From a virus (lineage: Duplodnaviria > Caudoviricetes), in IMG/VR virus record IMGVR_UViG_3300033121_001789, positions 1 through 64,000 of that record: a stretch of 64,000 bases of DNA. The stretch is one strand, 5' to 3'. Below the pieces are notes generated by a model that saw only the letters and a program-made list of their open reading frames with translations, did no database searches and was not told the origin of the DNA. Of the stretch, positions 38,015-48,030 are shown piece after piece. How positions within the stretch are numbered: the first letter of the stretch is position 1; each line of letters starts with the position of its first letter. Both the position numbers and the translations under genes were made by a program.

Positions 38015-38025
38015 TTTTTTCTTAA

Positions 38026-38403
38026 TTATTTTAAACTCATAAACGCAAGTATAGCACCAATAGTTAAATAAAAAATATTAACCAAATATCTTTGGTTTTC
38101 AGAATTTTGAATCCATAAGGAATTATTCAAGTATAGAAATTTTATCTTATCTATTCCAGATAGATTAATAAAATATGTGTTTCCCATAAAATCTTCTATT
38201 ATAAATACATCTTTGGGATTAATATTAATACCATTATTTTTAATAAATGGTTGTCCAGGTCTTTTTATTGAAAAAGAGTTTGGTCTATTACTATTTTTAA
38301 CAACCCACCCATAAGAGTTTATTTCTACATCAATTGATGATCCATTTCCTATATCACCAGTATTATTAGACAGAGGTGAGTATGCTTTAGTTTTTATCTT
38401 CAT
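38026..38403 (-). CDS. hypothetical protein with C-terminal hydrophobic segment
   Basis: ORF track. Confidence 0.55.
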   Translation of the reverse strand: MKIKTKAYSPLSNNTGDIGNGSSIDVEINSYGWVVKNSNRPNSFSIKRPGQPFIKNNGININPKDVFIIEDFMGNTYFINLSGIDKIKFLYLNNSLWIQNSENQRYLVNIFYLTIGAILAFMSLK

Positions 38404-38417
38404 ATCTTTTATTTTTT

Positions 38418-40727
38418 TTATAATGTGCAGGCACCGCTCTCACATCCATTCCCCATCGCATCTAAATCGTCAGATTTTTTATCATCAGTGTTAGCATAAT
38501 AAAGAGTTTTCAAACCATATTTGTAAGCGTAAAGAATATCTTTAATAACTCCACCAATTGAAATACCATCATTGGAATATTGGTAATAATGATTGGCTGA
38601 GATTGATTGATCAATCCACTTTTGGATTACTGCGCATATATTGGTATATCCGCGATTATCTGGCATATCAAACGCTAACTCATACTTATTCTTTAACTTA
38701 ATACATTCTGGAGCAACTTGTTTAACTAATCCAGATTTGGACTTCTTTGTAATAACAAGAGATCTAATAGGCTCGATGCCGTTTGTTGCTGACTGTACTA
38801 CTGCGGACGATTCTGCCGGCATTATAGCAGTTAATACTGAATTTCTTAATCCAAATTCTTCAATATCTTTTCTTAAAGCTTCCCAATCACAAGAATTGTC
38901 TCTCTTAATTAGTTCATCAACATTTTTGTTATAACGATCAACTGGAAGAACCCCTTTTGAATATGTAGTCTTATCATACCACTCACATTTACCAAACTCT
39001 TGAGCCAATTTATTAGAAGCCTTCAATAAAGAAAACTGAATGTGTTCAAACAATTCATCAACATAGAAAAGAGCTTCTTTATCAGAATATTTAATACCTT
39101 GCTTAGCTAACCAATAAGCAAAATTGGTAACACCAACACCAATACTTCTACGCTTTAACATTTTCTTAGCTGCATTGATTGGATAATCTTGATTTTCAAT
39201 TACATATTCAAGAATTCTAACAATATATTCAGCTACTTTGTAAAGTTCATTCCAAGATTTGATATTACCCAAATTGAAAGCTGCTAAAGTACAAAGAGCA
39301 ATCTCACCATTTGACAGGTGTTCTGTTTCCTTATTATCATCAACATCATATATTGACTCTATTGGTGAAGTATTAAGGCAAATTTCCACACAGAGATTCG
39401 ACATCTTAACCCTCTCAATAAAAGGTGAGTTGTTAGCATTGTCAATATTCATAACATACATTCTACCAGTTCCAATTCTTTCTTGTGCGAAAGCATTCAT
39501 CAAATCACGAGATTTGATTGTTTTTCTTGGTATCTTTTTATCTGATTCATATCTTAGATACATCTCTTCAAATTGCGGAAGGCCAAAAACATCATAGAGA
39601 CCAGGGACATCAGATGGCGAGAAAAGTGAAATATCACCATTTGAAACAAACCTGGAATAAAATAATTTTTCAAATTGAATACCGTAGTCCATGTGTCTTA
39701 CACGGTTATCATCAGTTCCCTTATTGTTTTTTAATACCAAAACGTCCTCGATTTCTTTGTGCCACCAAGGAAAATAAAGAGTCGCAGAACCCTTTCTAAT
39801 TCCCCCTTGTGAGCAAGAGTGTAATGTTGATTGAAACATTTTAAAAAACGGTATAACACCCGTATGCACAACTTCACCATTCCTGACTTTGGATCCCAAA
39901 GCTCTAATTGATCCTACATTAATTCCAATCCCGGCTCTCTTAGCAACATACTGTCCGATAGCAACATTTCCATAAAAAATAGAATCCAAAGAATCTCCTA
40001 TTTCTATTAAAGTACAACTTGAAAACTGCCTGTTCGGGGTTCTAATTCCAGCCATTATTGGAGTAGGTAATGATATTTTATGCTCTGATATTAAATCATA
40101 TAAATCTTTAACATAATCCATCCTACCATCTTTGTCATAATCAGCAAAAACTGTTAATGATATCATCATAAAACAGAATTGTGGAGTTTCATACGTCTTA
40201 TTTGTACTTCTATCTTTAACCAAATATTTATCTATCAACTGTTGTAATCCAGCATATGTAAGCTCGTAATCTCTATCATGTTTAATAAATGAATCTGCTT
40301 TATCCAATTCCTCTTTAGAATATTTGTCTAATATGATTTTATCATATAGATCGAGTTTAATATTTCGGTTAATCACATCTATTAATGATGGCATTTGAAA
40401 TTTTGTTTCAAATATTTCCTTTCTTAGTAAATAATTAAGAAGATTAGATGCCACAAATTGATAATTAGGACTTCTCTCACTTATTAGATCAACAGCTGAC
40501 TGTATCAATACTTTATGAATTTCTGACGTTTTTATCCCAGGATAAAATTGTATATGTGCATTCATCGCAACATCTGATGCAGAAACACTACTTAATCCAT
40601 TTGTTGCCCATAATAAAACTTTATTTATTTTTTCAGCATTAAAGCTCTCCGATCCACCATTTCTTTTCTTAACAACTATCGTATTTGATTTTGTTTTTTT
40701 TAATTCCTTAGCTATAATTTCGTCCAT
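38418..40727 (-). CDS. nrdA: ribonucleotide reductase class Ia alpha subunit with ATP cone
   Basis: VKKRNG ATP cone; QFSSCTL; SNLCVEI; ALCTL; C-terminal CESGAC. Confidence 0.98.
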   Translation of the reverse strand: MDEIIAKELKKTKSNTIVVKKRNGGSESFNAEKINKVLLWATNGLSSVSASDVAMNAHIQFYPGIKTSEIHKVLIQSAVDLISERSPNYQFVASNLLNYLLRKEIFETKFQMPSLIDVINRNIKLDLYDKIILDKYSKEELDKADSFIKHDRDYELTYAGLQQLIDKYLVKDRSTNKTYETPQFCFMMISLTVFADYDKDGRMDYVKDLYDLISEHKISLPTPIMAGIRTPNRQFSSCTLIEIGDSLDSIFYGNVAIGQYVAKRAGIGINVGSIRALGSKVRNGEVVHTGVIPFFKMFQSTLHSCSQGGIRKGSATLYFPWWHKEIEDVLVLKNNKGTDDNRVRHMDYGIQFEKLFYSRFVSNGDISLFSPSDVPGLYDVFGLPQFEEMYLRYESDKKIPRKTIKSRDLMNAFAQERIGTGRMYVMNIDNANNSPFIERVKMSNLCVEICLNTSPIESIYDVDDNKETEHLSNGEIALCTLAAFNLGNIKSWNELYKVAEYIVRILEYVIENQDYPINAAKKMLKRRSIGVGVTNFAYWLAKQGIKYSDKEALFYVDELFEHIQFSLLKASNKLAQEFGKCEWYDKTTYSKGVLPVDRYNKNVDELIKRDNSCDWEALRKDIEEFGLRNSVLTAIMPAESSAVVQSATNGIEPIRSLVITKKSKSGLVKQVAPECIKLKNKYELAFDMPDNRGYTNICAVIQKWIDQSISANHYYQYSNDGISIGGVIKDILYAYKYGLKTLYYANTDDKKSDDLDAMGNGCESGACTL

Positions 40728-40800
40728 ATTTTTTTAAATTTTTTTGTTAGGAATTATATATTGACACATACCAATACAAGAATTCCTGATTCTTGATTTT

Positions 40801-41739
40801 TTAAAGAAAATCGATATTATCCAATTTATTTAAATTATGTTTAAATTTTGTATTATTTAATATCTTGGTAATGAATGATATATGCACATCATAAATATTT
40901 TCATATGAATCTATCTTAAAATGAGATGTCTCATAATTTGTTTCAATAACAACTCCAGTAAATAATTTTAGATCTCCAATAATATCCAAATGTTCAAATT
41001 CAACCTCAGTACCCAAATGTATATTTCGATTGGTTATTTCTTTAGAATTTGTATTTCTACCTATATGATCTTGCAATTCTATAATTATTAAATTTCTCCA
41101 TTTATTATCCAACAGTTTAAACATATTAAATAAATTATCGGAAAAATAAACTGATAATTCGTTAAAAAGTTCAACATTGGTAAATCTTTCTGACACCAAT
41201 TCATTACTTAGTAATAAGTAGTAGTTATTAAAATCTACTCTTGATGGCTTTCTTCTATTATTAAGAAAATTTATTGTTGTCTTATTAGAAAGAACCTCAT
41301 ATACTTTTTCCTTTATTCTTTTTTGTCTCAAATAAGACTCATTTTCATAAGACTCAGTATAAAATATAGATCCTTTATCAACTTCAAACTTCTCATTAAA
41401 AAATGAAGTAGTTGGATCAGCGTCATCTATCATCTCATCCTTTTTACCCTTAAATATTGAATCATATTTCAAAGAGTGTTTTCCTTGTAGTTTATGTTTA
41501 GATAAAACAATATCATCCGACTCTGGATCAGCAATCGATTCATCATCAATTGGTTTATCAATAATTGATTCGTCCGATACCTCAATAATAATATCTATAT
41601 TATCATCATCCTCACTAATAATAACAGAGTCTTCAATAGGATCTTCATCAATAGTATCCTCTATTGGTGTATCAAATGATTCTATATTATCATCATCCTC
41701 TGGCATAAAGTCATCATCATCCAATTTTCTTTTTGACAT
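40801..41739 (-). CDS. hypothetical protein with acidic N-terminus
   Basis: ORF track; D/E-rich first 80 aa. Confidence 0.75.
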   Translation of the reverse strand: MSKRKLDDDDFMPEDDDNIESFDTPIEDTIDEDPIEDSVIISEDDDNIDIIIEVSDESIIDKPIDDESIADPESDDIVLSKHKLQGKHSLKYDSIFKGKKDEMIDDADPTTSFFNEKFEVDKGSIFYTESYENESYLRQKRIKEKVYEVLSNKTTINFLNNRRKPSRVDFNNYYLLLSNELVSERFTNVELFNELSVYFSDNLFNMFKLLDNKWRNLIIIELQDHIGRNTNSKEITNRNIHLGTEVEFEHLDIIGDLKLFTGVVIETNYETSHFKIDSYENIYDVHISFITKILNNTKFKHNLNKLDNIDFL

Positions 41740-41756
41740 TTGTGTTTTTTTATTTT

Positions 41757-43085
41757 TTATGCATCAATAAATTGATCATTTTCAAGTGTGAGATAAGTTG
41801 GATTAAGTGTCAATTTTATTTGACTCTTTAAAAAGTCACCATCTCTTTGTTTTAATAGCTTAAATCTGTACATGTTTAATCTTTTCATCTCCTCAGTTCT
41901 TATAATAGCCCAAAAAGTATCAGCAGTTTCTGCAATAGCTTTACTCTCTGGAACACTTTCTAAGGTTATATCACTAGAATTCCAAGCATCTTTAGCAACT
42001 TGGACCCCAGTAATAATTGGTAGTTTATATTTTGCTCCCAATGCTCTTAATCCCTCTGCTAAGTATTTTCCCTTAATATAAAGGCTATCATTAGATCCCT
42101 TTGGTGCTGCAACTAAGGTTATATAATCTACAATAACTAAGTCTATTTTAATGCCTCTTCTTTGTTGAAGCTTCTGAATATAATTATCAAAATCGACTAT
42201 TGTTGCCGTTCCTGCCGCCCAAAATTTAGTAAAAATTTTACCAACCGATTTCGTGAAAAGATCTCCACCTTCACGAAGGTTTCCCATATTAGCTATCTTT
42301 TTCTTAATTAATTCACTATCCTTACTTTGTTTATCATAATCATTTATGGGTATTCTTAATCTCATAGCACCCAACCTCTTCATAACTTTTCTTTCACTCA
42401 TCTCTAATGTTATATAAAGAACATTATTTCCTAAATCGGCAGACTTAACGGCAAAGTTTTGCATCCAAAGGGATTTTCCATTATTAGTTTCTGCCATAAT
42501 ACAATTCAAAGTTTGTATATCCCATCCACCACCCATCATATGGTCGATTGTTTCAAATCCTGTTCGAACTTTAAATTTCGATGTATCTTGTAAGTGATGC
42601 TCTGGATCATCAAAATCAGATCCCATGTCATCATCTAAAACAAAATTTATTGAAGACATTTCATCAACAATAGTCCTAATTCTTTCTGCTGCTTCAATAG
42701 CCTTTTCAAAGTCTGTTATTGAGTCAAAGTTTCTTGTCTCATCAATTATATCAACTGTTCCAGTTTTTAATCGATTTGTTAAAACCCAAGCATTGAATTT
42801 AGGCTCAATGAAATTTTTCTCATCATATTCACTTAAATTAACAGTTAGTATTGATTTTAATATTTCCTTCGTAATAATGCCATTTTTATCTTCCAAAATA
42901 ATCATATCCAATATTTGTTTTGGACTTGGAACTTTAGCATCAAAATTTTTAATCATGTATTCTCTTACTACACCATATACAAATTGTATTTCGGAGTTTC
43001 TAAAAAAGAATGGACGAACAATATCAAAGTATTTGCGATTTATAAGGATATAGTTGAAGAATACTTTCTCTAAAGAAGATGTCAT
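41757..43085 (-). CDS. replicative DNA helicase (T4 gp41/DnaB-like)
   Basis: MAETNNGKS Walker A; YITLEMSE; VIVDYI; ES.AIAETAD; LKQR. Confidence 0.92.
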   Translation of the reverse strand: MTSSLEKVFFNYILINRKYFDIVRPFFFRNSEIQFVYGVVREYMIKNFDAKVPSPKQILDMIILEDKNGIITKEILKSILTVNLSEYDEKNFIEPKFNAWVLTNRLKTGTVDIIDETRNFDSITDFEKAIEAAERIRTIVDEMSSINFVLDDDMGSDFDDPEHHLQDTSKFKVRTGFETIDHMMGGGWDIQTLNCIMAETNNGKSLWMQNFAVKSADLGNNVLYITLEMSERKVMKRLGAMRLRIPINDYDKQSKDSELIKKKIANMGNLREGGDLFTKSVGKIFTKFWAAGTATIVDFDNYIQKLQQRRGIKIDLVIVDYITLVAAPKGSNDSLYIKGKYLAEGLRALGAKYKLPIITGVQVAKDAWNSSDITLESVPESKAIAETADTFWAIIRTEEMKRLNMYRFKLLKQRDGDFLKSQIKLTLNPTYLTLENDQFIDA

Positions 43086-43137
43086 AGAACATTTTGATAT
43101 ATTTTAATTTTATAGTAATAAATTTAATATATGTTTA

Positions 43138-44025
43138 CTACTGCTCCTTGATTAATTTCGATTGATCCAGATCATTTTCACCATCATCAATAATATCATA
43201 TGGTCTAACTGCGGTTGGCACATCTATATCTTTTCCTATTCCCTTGAGGTGTAATGATTTTCTTAATTTATTAATCAGCCATGTTACTCCTTGTTTAGCG
43301 ACTATTGTTCCAAGTCCTACACCAATAGATAATAAATTAGCAATTATTGTATCTAAATTAAGATCATATTTACCAATTAAGGCATATATAGCATTCATTG
43401 TTGGTATTAAAAGAGCGGTATATGAAAACATGTCTATAAGACCAGTAACGACATAAGGAGTTCCTCTAAATAAAATCTTCAAAAAATTACCCATTGATTG
43501 AAAAACAGAAACGAACTTTCTTATTATTCCATTACCAATACCCCTCATTTTTAACTCCTCTAACATTGTTTGAGCATCCTTCTTAGTAACTTCAGATTCT
43601 ATATATCCCTTACCAACACATGTTTTACAATCAGTATCTCCCTCATCATCTATCGATCCAGTTCCATCACAATCATGGCAAACAATTTTTTCCTCACCAG
43701 ATCTATTTTTAACTTCCTCTAAATAAGTTATTGACAAAGCTGTTATACAAACCAATATTACTGTCTCCGGAGTTAATTCAACCTTTAAATTACCATTGCG
43801 AATTAAACCATCAACAATAGGATACATAGCATTTATTCCCGTTCCAAAACTGGTTATGAGTCCAAAATTAAACTTAAGATCTCTTGATAATTTTCTACCA
43901 ATGGAATTTATTGAAGAATCGTCTATATTAGACTCTTTAATGATTGGATTACAAATATTTTCAATTAATTCCCAAGCTTGATCAATAGACTTATCATACT
44001 CATTATATCTCAATACTCTATTCAC
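43138..44025 (-). CDS. hypothetical protein with a DnaJ-type zinc-finger insert
   Basis: CHDCDGTG...CKTCVGKG; MNRVLRYNEY start. Confidence 0.7.
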   Translation of the reverse strand: MNRVLRYNEYDKSIDQAWELIENICNPIIKESNIDDSSINSIGRKLSRDLKFNFGLITSFGTGINAMYPIVDGLIRNGNLKVELTPETVILVCITALSITYLEEVKNRSGEEKIVCHDCDGTGSIDDEGDTDCKTCVGKGYIESEVTKKDAQTMLEELKMRGIGNGIIRKFVSVFQSMGNFLKILFRGTPYVVTGLIDMFSYTALLIPTMNAIYALIGKYDLNLDTIIANLLSIGVGLGTIVAKQGVTWLINKLRKSLHLKGIGKDIDVPTAVRPYDIIDDGENDLDQSKLIKEQ

Positions 44026-44136
44026 TACTTATATATTTAATTTTTTTTTATTTTTTAAAAGTTTTTTTATAATAATTAAGAAAAATCAAAAAAATTGTTT
44101 CTTTTATTAATATATAATTAAAAATAAAAACATCCA

Positions 44137-44451
44137 ATGAAATTCCTCAAGAAATTTGAAAACTTTGACATGGATCAAAGCACTGAAACTGGTGAAGAAG
44201 ACTTATTAAATAAAAAATCTGATTGTTACCCATTCTGTGATGATGAGGAAGAAGAGGATGAAGAGAGCTCTGGCATTCCAGATGCTGATGAGCAGATAAC
44301 TCTAGAAAAGAAAAAAGTCCAAAAAAAGGAGGAAAAGGAAGATAAGAAAGAGGATAAAAAAACTCCAACTAAAGGACTAACTGCAGCACAAAAGAAACTA
44401 CCGGCAGGTCTACAAAAAGCTATAATGGCAAGAAAGTCAAAATCAAAATAA
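44137..44451 (+). CDS. small protein, acidic then basic
   Basis: MKFLKKFENF start; GLTAAQKKLPAGLQKAI. Confidence 0.75.
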   Translation: MKFLKKFENFDMDQSTETGEEDLLNKKSDCYPFCDDEEEEDEESSGIPDADEQITLEKKKVQKKEEKEDKKEDKKTPTKGLTAAQKKLPAGLQKAIMARKSKSK

Positions 44452-44454
44452 ATT

Positions 44455-44485
44455 AAAAAGTGTCTAATAATATAGACACTTTTTT
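44455..44485. terminator. bidirectional intrinsic terminator
   Basis: AAAAAGTGTCTA-ATAATA-TAGACACTTTTT between convergent genes. Confidence 0.85.
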
Positions 44486-46151
44486 AGTTAGATACCTTTA
44501 TTTTAATTTTATTTATAGCCTGTTGAAACCAATACGGAAATAGATGTCCAGAATGTCTTAATAAATCTCCAAATGAAGAATCAATGATTATAGTATCAGC
44601 ATAATCCTCATTACTTCTAACTGCTCGACCTGTCATTTGTATAATTCCAGAAACGGTTTTCCAAGAATACCAATCAGGATTATTTTTCTGTCTTAATTTA
44701 TTTTTCTGTGATGCCAGACTTGGATACGGAACTTTAGCAATAACTTGGAATCTAGCCTTATCATTATCAAAACTAACCCCAGTATCCATAGATGGAGAAA
44801 CCATAACTGTTGGCTCAGATGTTTCGAAATGTTCTTTTAACACCTCATCTTTATTGCTAGAATCGTGAAATATCAATCTTGGATTTGAAACATCTCTTGA
44901 TACCCATCCAGCCAATTCGAAAGAATTTGTATGAATAATTCCCTTTTTATCAGAATATTTATTTAGAATCTTATTAATATATGGAACATAGGATTTAAAA
45001 GTCTCTTCTTTTTTCAAATATGACATTTTACCAAGCGGCATATAATAAATTGGTCTATTTTTAATAGGAAATGGTGAATTTATAGAATAATAAACCGCCC
45101 TATCTGAATCCAATCCATTCAATTGACAAAATAAATTTTTATCTAAAATAGTCCCAGACATTAAAAATACCATATCATAATTTGAAAAAACATACTTATC
45201 TAAATAATCATAAGCCCATATTGGTTCTAATGATAATTCAAATCCCTTTGTTTTCTCATTATATGATGTCTCCAAAACCCAATTATTTGGATTCTCTTTA
45301 TATTCTTTCAAAAAAACCTCAATCTTAGATTGATATTGCATTAAATCTGTGACAAGCTGCATTAATTTTGAATCAGCATTTTTAGAACCAAATAATTTTG
45401 AAAGTCTATTGCTTCTGCGATCCATTTTTGGATTCCGATTTTGCCCCCCAAGTGACTTTTCAATATCACTAATAGTAGTAGATATTTCTATTTGTAAATT
45501 TTTTAAAAACTCAATATACTCATTTATTGTTTTAACCCTTTTTAAGCTCTTTAGAATATTTTCCTCATTTGGAAATTTGAATCTTTTTACAACACCCTCG
45601 GTTATTTTAATTGTTATAAAATCTGACATAACATCATCAAAATCATGAGCCTCATCAACAATTAAAACCTTAGATCCCCTTGATTCCAAAACCTTATCCA
45701 TATATAAGGCATATAAAATATACAGATAAAAATTTGTAAGCGATATTTTACCCGAAATAAATCCATCTCTAGCAAAAGAGTGTGGACAAGACTCACACTT
45801 AGTCTTATTCAATCGATTAAATTCAGTACCTTGTGAACATGAGCATGAATATTGTTCACAATAATAATTATCTTTACCTTTCAAATCATTAATAGATTCA
45901 TAGGTATTAATGTATTGATCTTGTAATATTTTTGAATTTGTTATAATGTCTATTTTAGCACCTCCATTAACATTCTTTAAATACCAATCAGATATCATTA
46001 AAGCTAGGTGTGATTTACCTACACCAACTGGTAAATCAAGTAAATAAAATTTATTTTCCTTATTAGATTTATATGACTCATCTATAAAATTAAGACAATT
46101 TTTTTGCTCTTCTCTTGGGGTATATTTTAAAAGATCCGATTTTAATGACAT
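44484..46151 (-). CDS. DinG/Rad3-like SF2 helicase
   Basis: PREEQ, PVGVGKS, Cys cluster, DEAH, MSGT, QMTGRAVRS..D. Confidence 0.9.
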   Translation of the reverse strand: MSLKSDLLKYTPREEQKNCLNFIDESYKSNKENKFYLLDLPVGVGKSHLALMISDWYLKNVNGGAKIDIITNSKILQDQYINTYESINDLKGKDNYYCEQYSCSCSQGTEFNRLNKTKCESCPHSFARDGFISGKISLTNFYLYILYALYMDKVLESRGSKVLIVDEAHDFDDVMSDFITIKITEGVVKRFKFPNEENILKSLKRVKTINEYIEFLKNLQIEISTTISDIEKSLGGQNRNPKMDRRSNRLSKLFGSKNADSKLMQLVTDLMQYQSKIEVFLKEYKENPNNWVLETSYNEKTKGFELSLEPIWAYDYLDKYVFSNYDMVFLMSGTILDKNLFCQLNGLDSDRAVYYSINSPFPIKNRPIYYMPLGKMSYLKKEETFKSYVPYINKILNKYSDKKGIIHTNSFELAGWVSRDVSNPRLIFHDSSNKDEVLKEHFETSEPTVMVSPSMDTGVSFDNDKARFQVIAKVPYPSLASQKNKLRQKNNPDWYSWKTVSGIIQMTGRAVRSNEDYADTIIIDSSFGDLLRHSGHLFPYWFQQAINKIKIKVSN

Positions 46152-46182
46152 TTATTTGGTTTATTTTATAAAGATACAAAAA

Positions 46183-46485
46183 TCAATTGATTATACCATC
46201 AATTTTTATATCTCTTTTATTAGCAGTTAGTTGTGGAAGATATAATATGGCTAAATGACATGCCATAGAAAATGTATTACCTGAATGATCATTGCTAATT
46301 AAGGGCACTAATGATTTTTGATCATCCCAACTGGCCTTACTAAATGTAATGATCATATCTTTAGTCTGTAAAGTTTCAGCGATTAATATACCCTCAGAAA
46401 TGGCGAATAAATTATATTTAGCTCCAAATCCACCATCTATATCAAATCCGATATTTTTAAAAAATTCTAAATCTTCTTCTCTCAT
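46183..46485 (-). CDS. hypothetical protein with the shared C-terminal motif
   Basis: HSGNTFS; ends KRDIKIDGIIN. Confidence 0.7.
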   Translation of the reverse strand: MREEDLEFFKNIGFDIDGGFGAKYNLFAISEGILIAETLQTKDMIITFSKASWDDQKSLVPLISNDHSGNTFSMACHLAILYLPQLTANKRDIKIDGIIN

Positions 46486-47987
46486 AATTCAGCTTCAATT
46501 TGTTTTATTTCATCAAGAACTTTTTTGAGTTCTTCTTTTTTTGCCATCATGATATTTTTATTCTTCTTTCTGTCAGCATAGACATCATCTAACATTTTAA
46601 GTGTTGGTGAGTATCTTTTCTCAAAAACAACACCATTAACACAAACAACATGTATAGATTTATCAATCTTTATCTTCTTTGATCCATTGATGCAATAGTC
46701 AGGATCATCCTCAATAGTAACACCAACAAATGTTTCTGGAGCAATAAAAAATTGCAATTGTGTAGTTGGGTATAATGATGCAAAATCATATATAACACAC
46801 CACTTATTCATACCAACAACTGGATCTTTAACCCATCCACCAGCAATACCATCACCAGCATCACGTACAGCATTTTCATCCTTAAAGAGTATTATATCCT
46901 CCATCTCACGGAAGCGATTTCTCAATACACCCTCGGTTATTGCTAACGATCCAAGTGCATTATTTATTTGAGAAACAATATCAACAACCTTAATTTGTGC
47001 TAAAGAAGATATAGCAAATATTATTGATATATAATTTCTTGACTCATGAATCTTTTGAACAAGAACGGAGTCAACTGCGTTGTAATACATAAATGTCTCA
47101 AAATCGTCTTCATATAATTTTTGCAAAGATCCTGCATATTTTATTTTCTCAACACCAACCAATTTATTAGAAACATAATCTAATGATGATGATTCTTTAA
47201 CTTTTATGGAAGTATCACATATTTCATATAATTGCATATAGTCAAATATCATTCTATGTGCCGGAACTTCATAGTTAGTGGACCATATCTTATTCATTCG
47301 TTTGGTAAAAGATGATACGTTTGGATCTATTCTTATTTCCTGACCATTTACCCATTTAGTTATTTTTCTAGCTCTATTGACCAAATATAACCAGTCATAT
47401 TGCAAGAAATTCCATCCAGTTATGAGAGGCATTTTTGGAACCATTTTATTAAAAAAAGACCAAACCATATCAAATTCATCATCATATTTAATGTATTTAA
47501 ATTTATAATCAGAATCAAACTTTTTAAAATATTTATTAGTGTTTTCTCTAATTCTATCTTGCATATCCTGTGGCATGTCTTTCAATCCCATTAATATGAT
47601 TTTATCATCATAAACAACAGATATAGATAAAACTCTTGTTGGAGCAGTTTCAGCATCTGGGAAACCATCTATTATTTCAGTTTCAATATCCACAAAGTAT
47701 ATTTTGGGTAAATTAAAATCAAAAATTTCTTGTTTTTCTTTGGGTGGCAATTGATCTAAAAATTCATAAATTGAATATCTGTCAGGGTGATTAACTTCAA
47801 TTTGCTTGACACACTTACCATCCCAAGATTTAAATTTTGGATGTCTATCTGGGTCATTAAAGTCACAAGTTATATATTTAAGTGGGTTTTCTAAAGCATA
47901 GTATTTTAATTTTATCTCACCGCTTTTATCAACATAACTAACAACTAACTTTTTTGTATTTGGTAAGTATTGTGTATCGACTAACAT
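46482..47987 (-). CDS. family B DNA polymerase, N-terminal part (exonuclease plus motif A; gp43A-like)
   Basis: DIET, TGWN...YD, YNAVD exonuclease motifs; GGWV, YDFASLYP; ends in the fingers helix with no KxxxNSxYG or DTDS. Confidence 0.88.
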   Translation of the reverse strand: MLVDTQYLPNTKKLVVSYVDKSGEIKLKYYALENPLKYITCDFNDPDRHPKFKSWDGKCVKQIEVNHPDRYSIYEFLDQLPPKEKQEIFDFNLPKIYFVDIETEIIDGFPDAETAPTRVLSISVVYDDKIILMGLKDMPQDMQDRIRENTNKYFKKFDSDYKFKYIKYDDEFDMVWSFFNKMVPKMPLITGWNFLQYDWLYLVNRARKITKWVNGQEIRIDPNVSSFTKRMNKIWSTNYEVPAHRMIFDYMQLYEICDTSIKVKESSSLDYVSNKLVGVEKIKYAGSLQKLYEDDFETFMYYNAVDSVLVQKIHESRNYISIIFAISSLAQIKVVDIVSQINNALGSLAITEGVLRNRFREMEDIILFKDENAVRDAGDGIAGGWVKDPVVGMNKWCVIYDFASLYPTTQLQFFIAPETFVGVTIEDDPDYCINGSKKIKIDKSIHVVCVNGVVFEKRYSPTLKMLDDVYADRKKNKNIMMAKKEELKKVLDEIKQIEAEL

Positions 47988-48030
47988 ATTTATTTTACTA
48001 ATAAAAATTATTTTGTTTAATATATAGATA

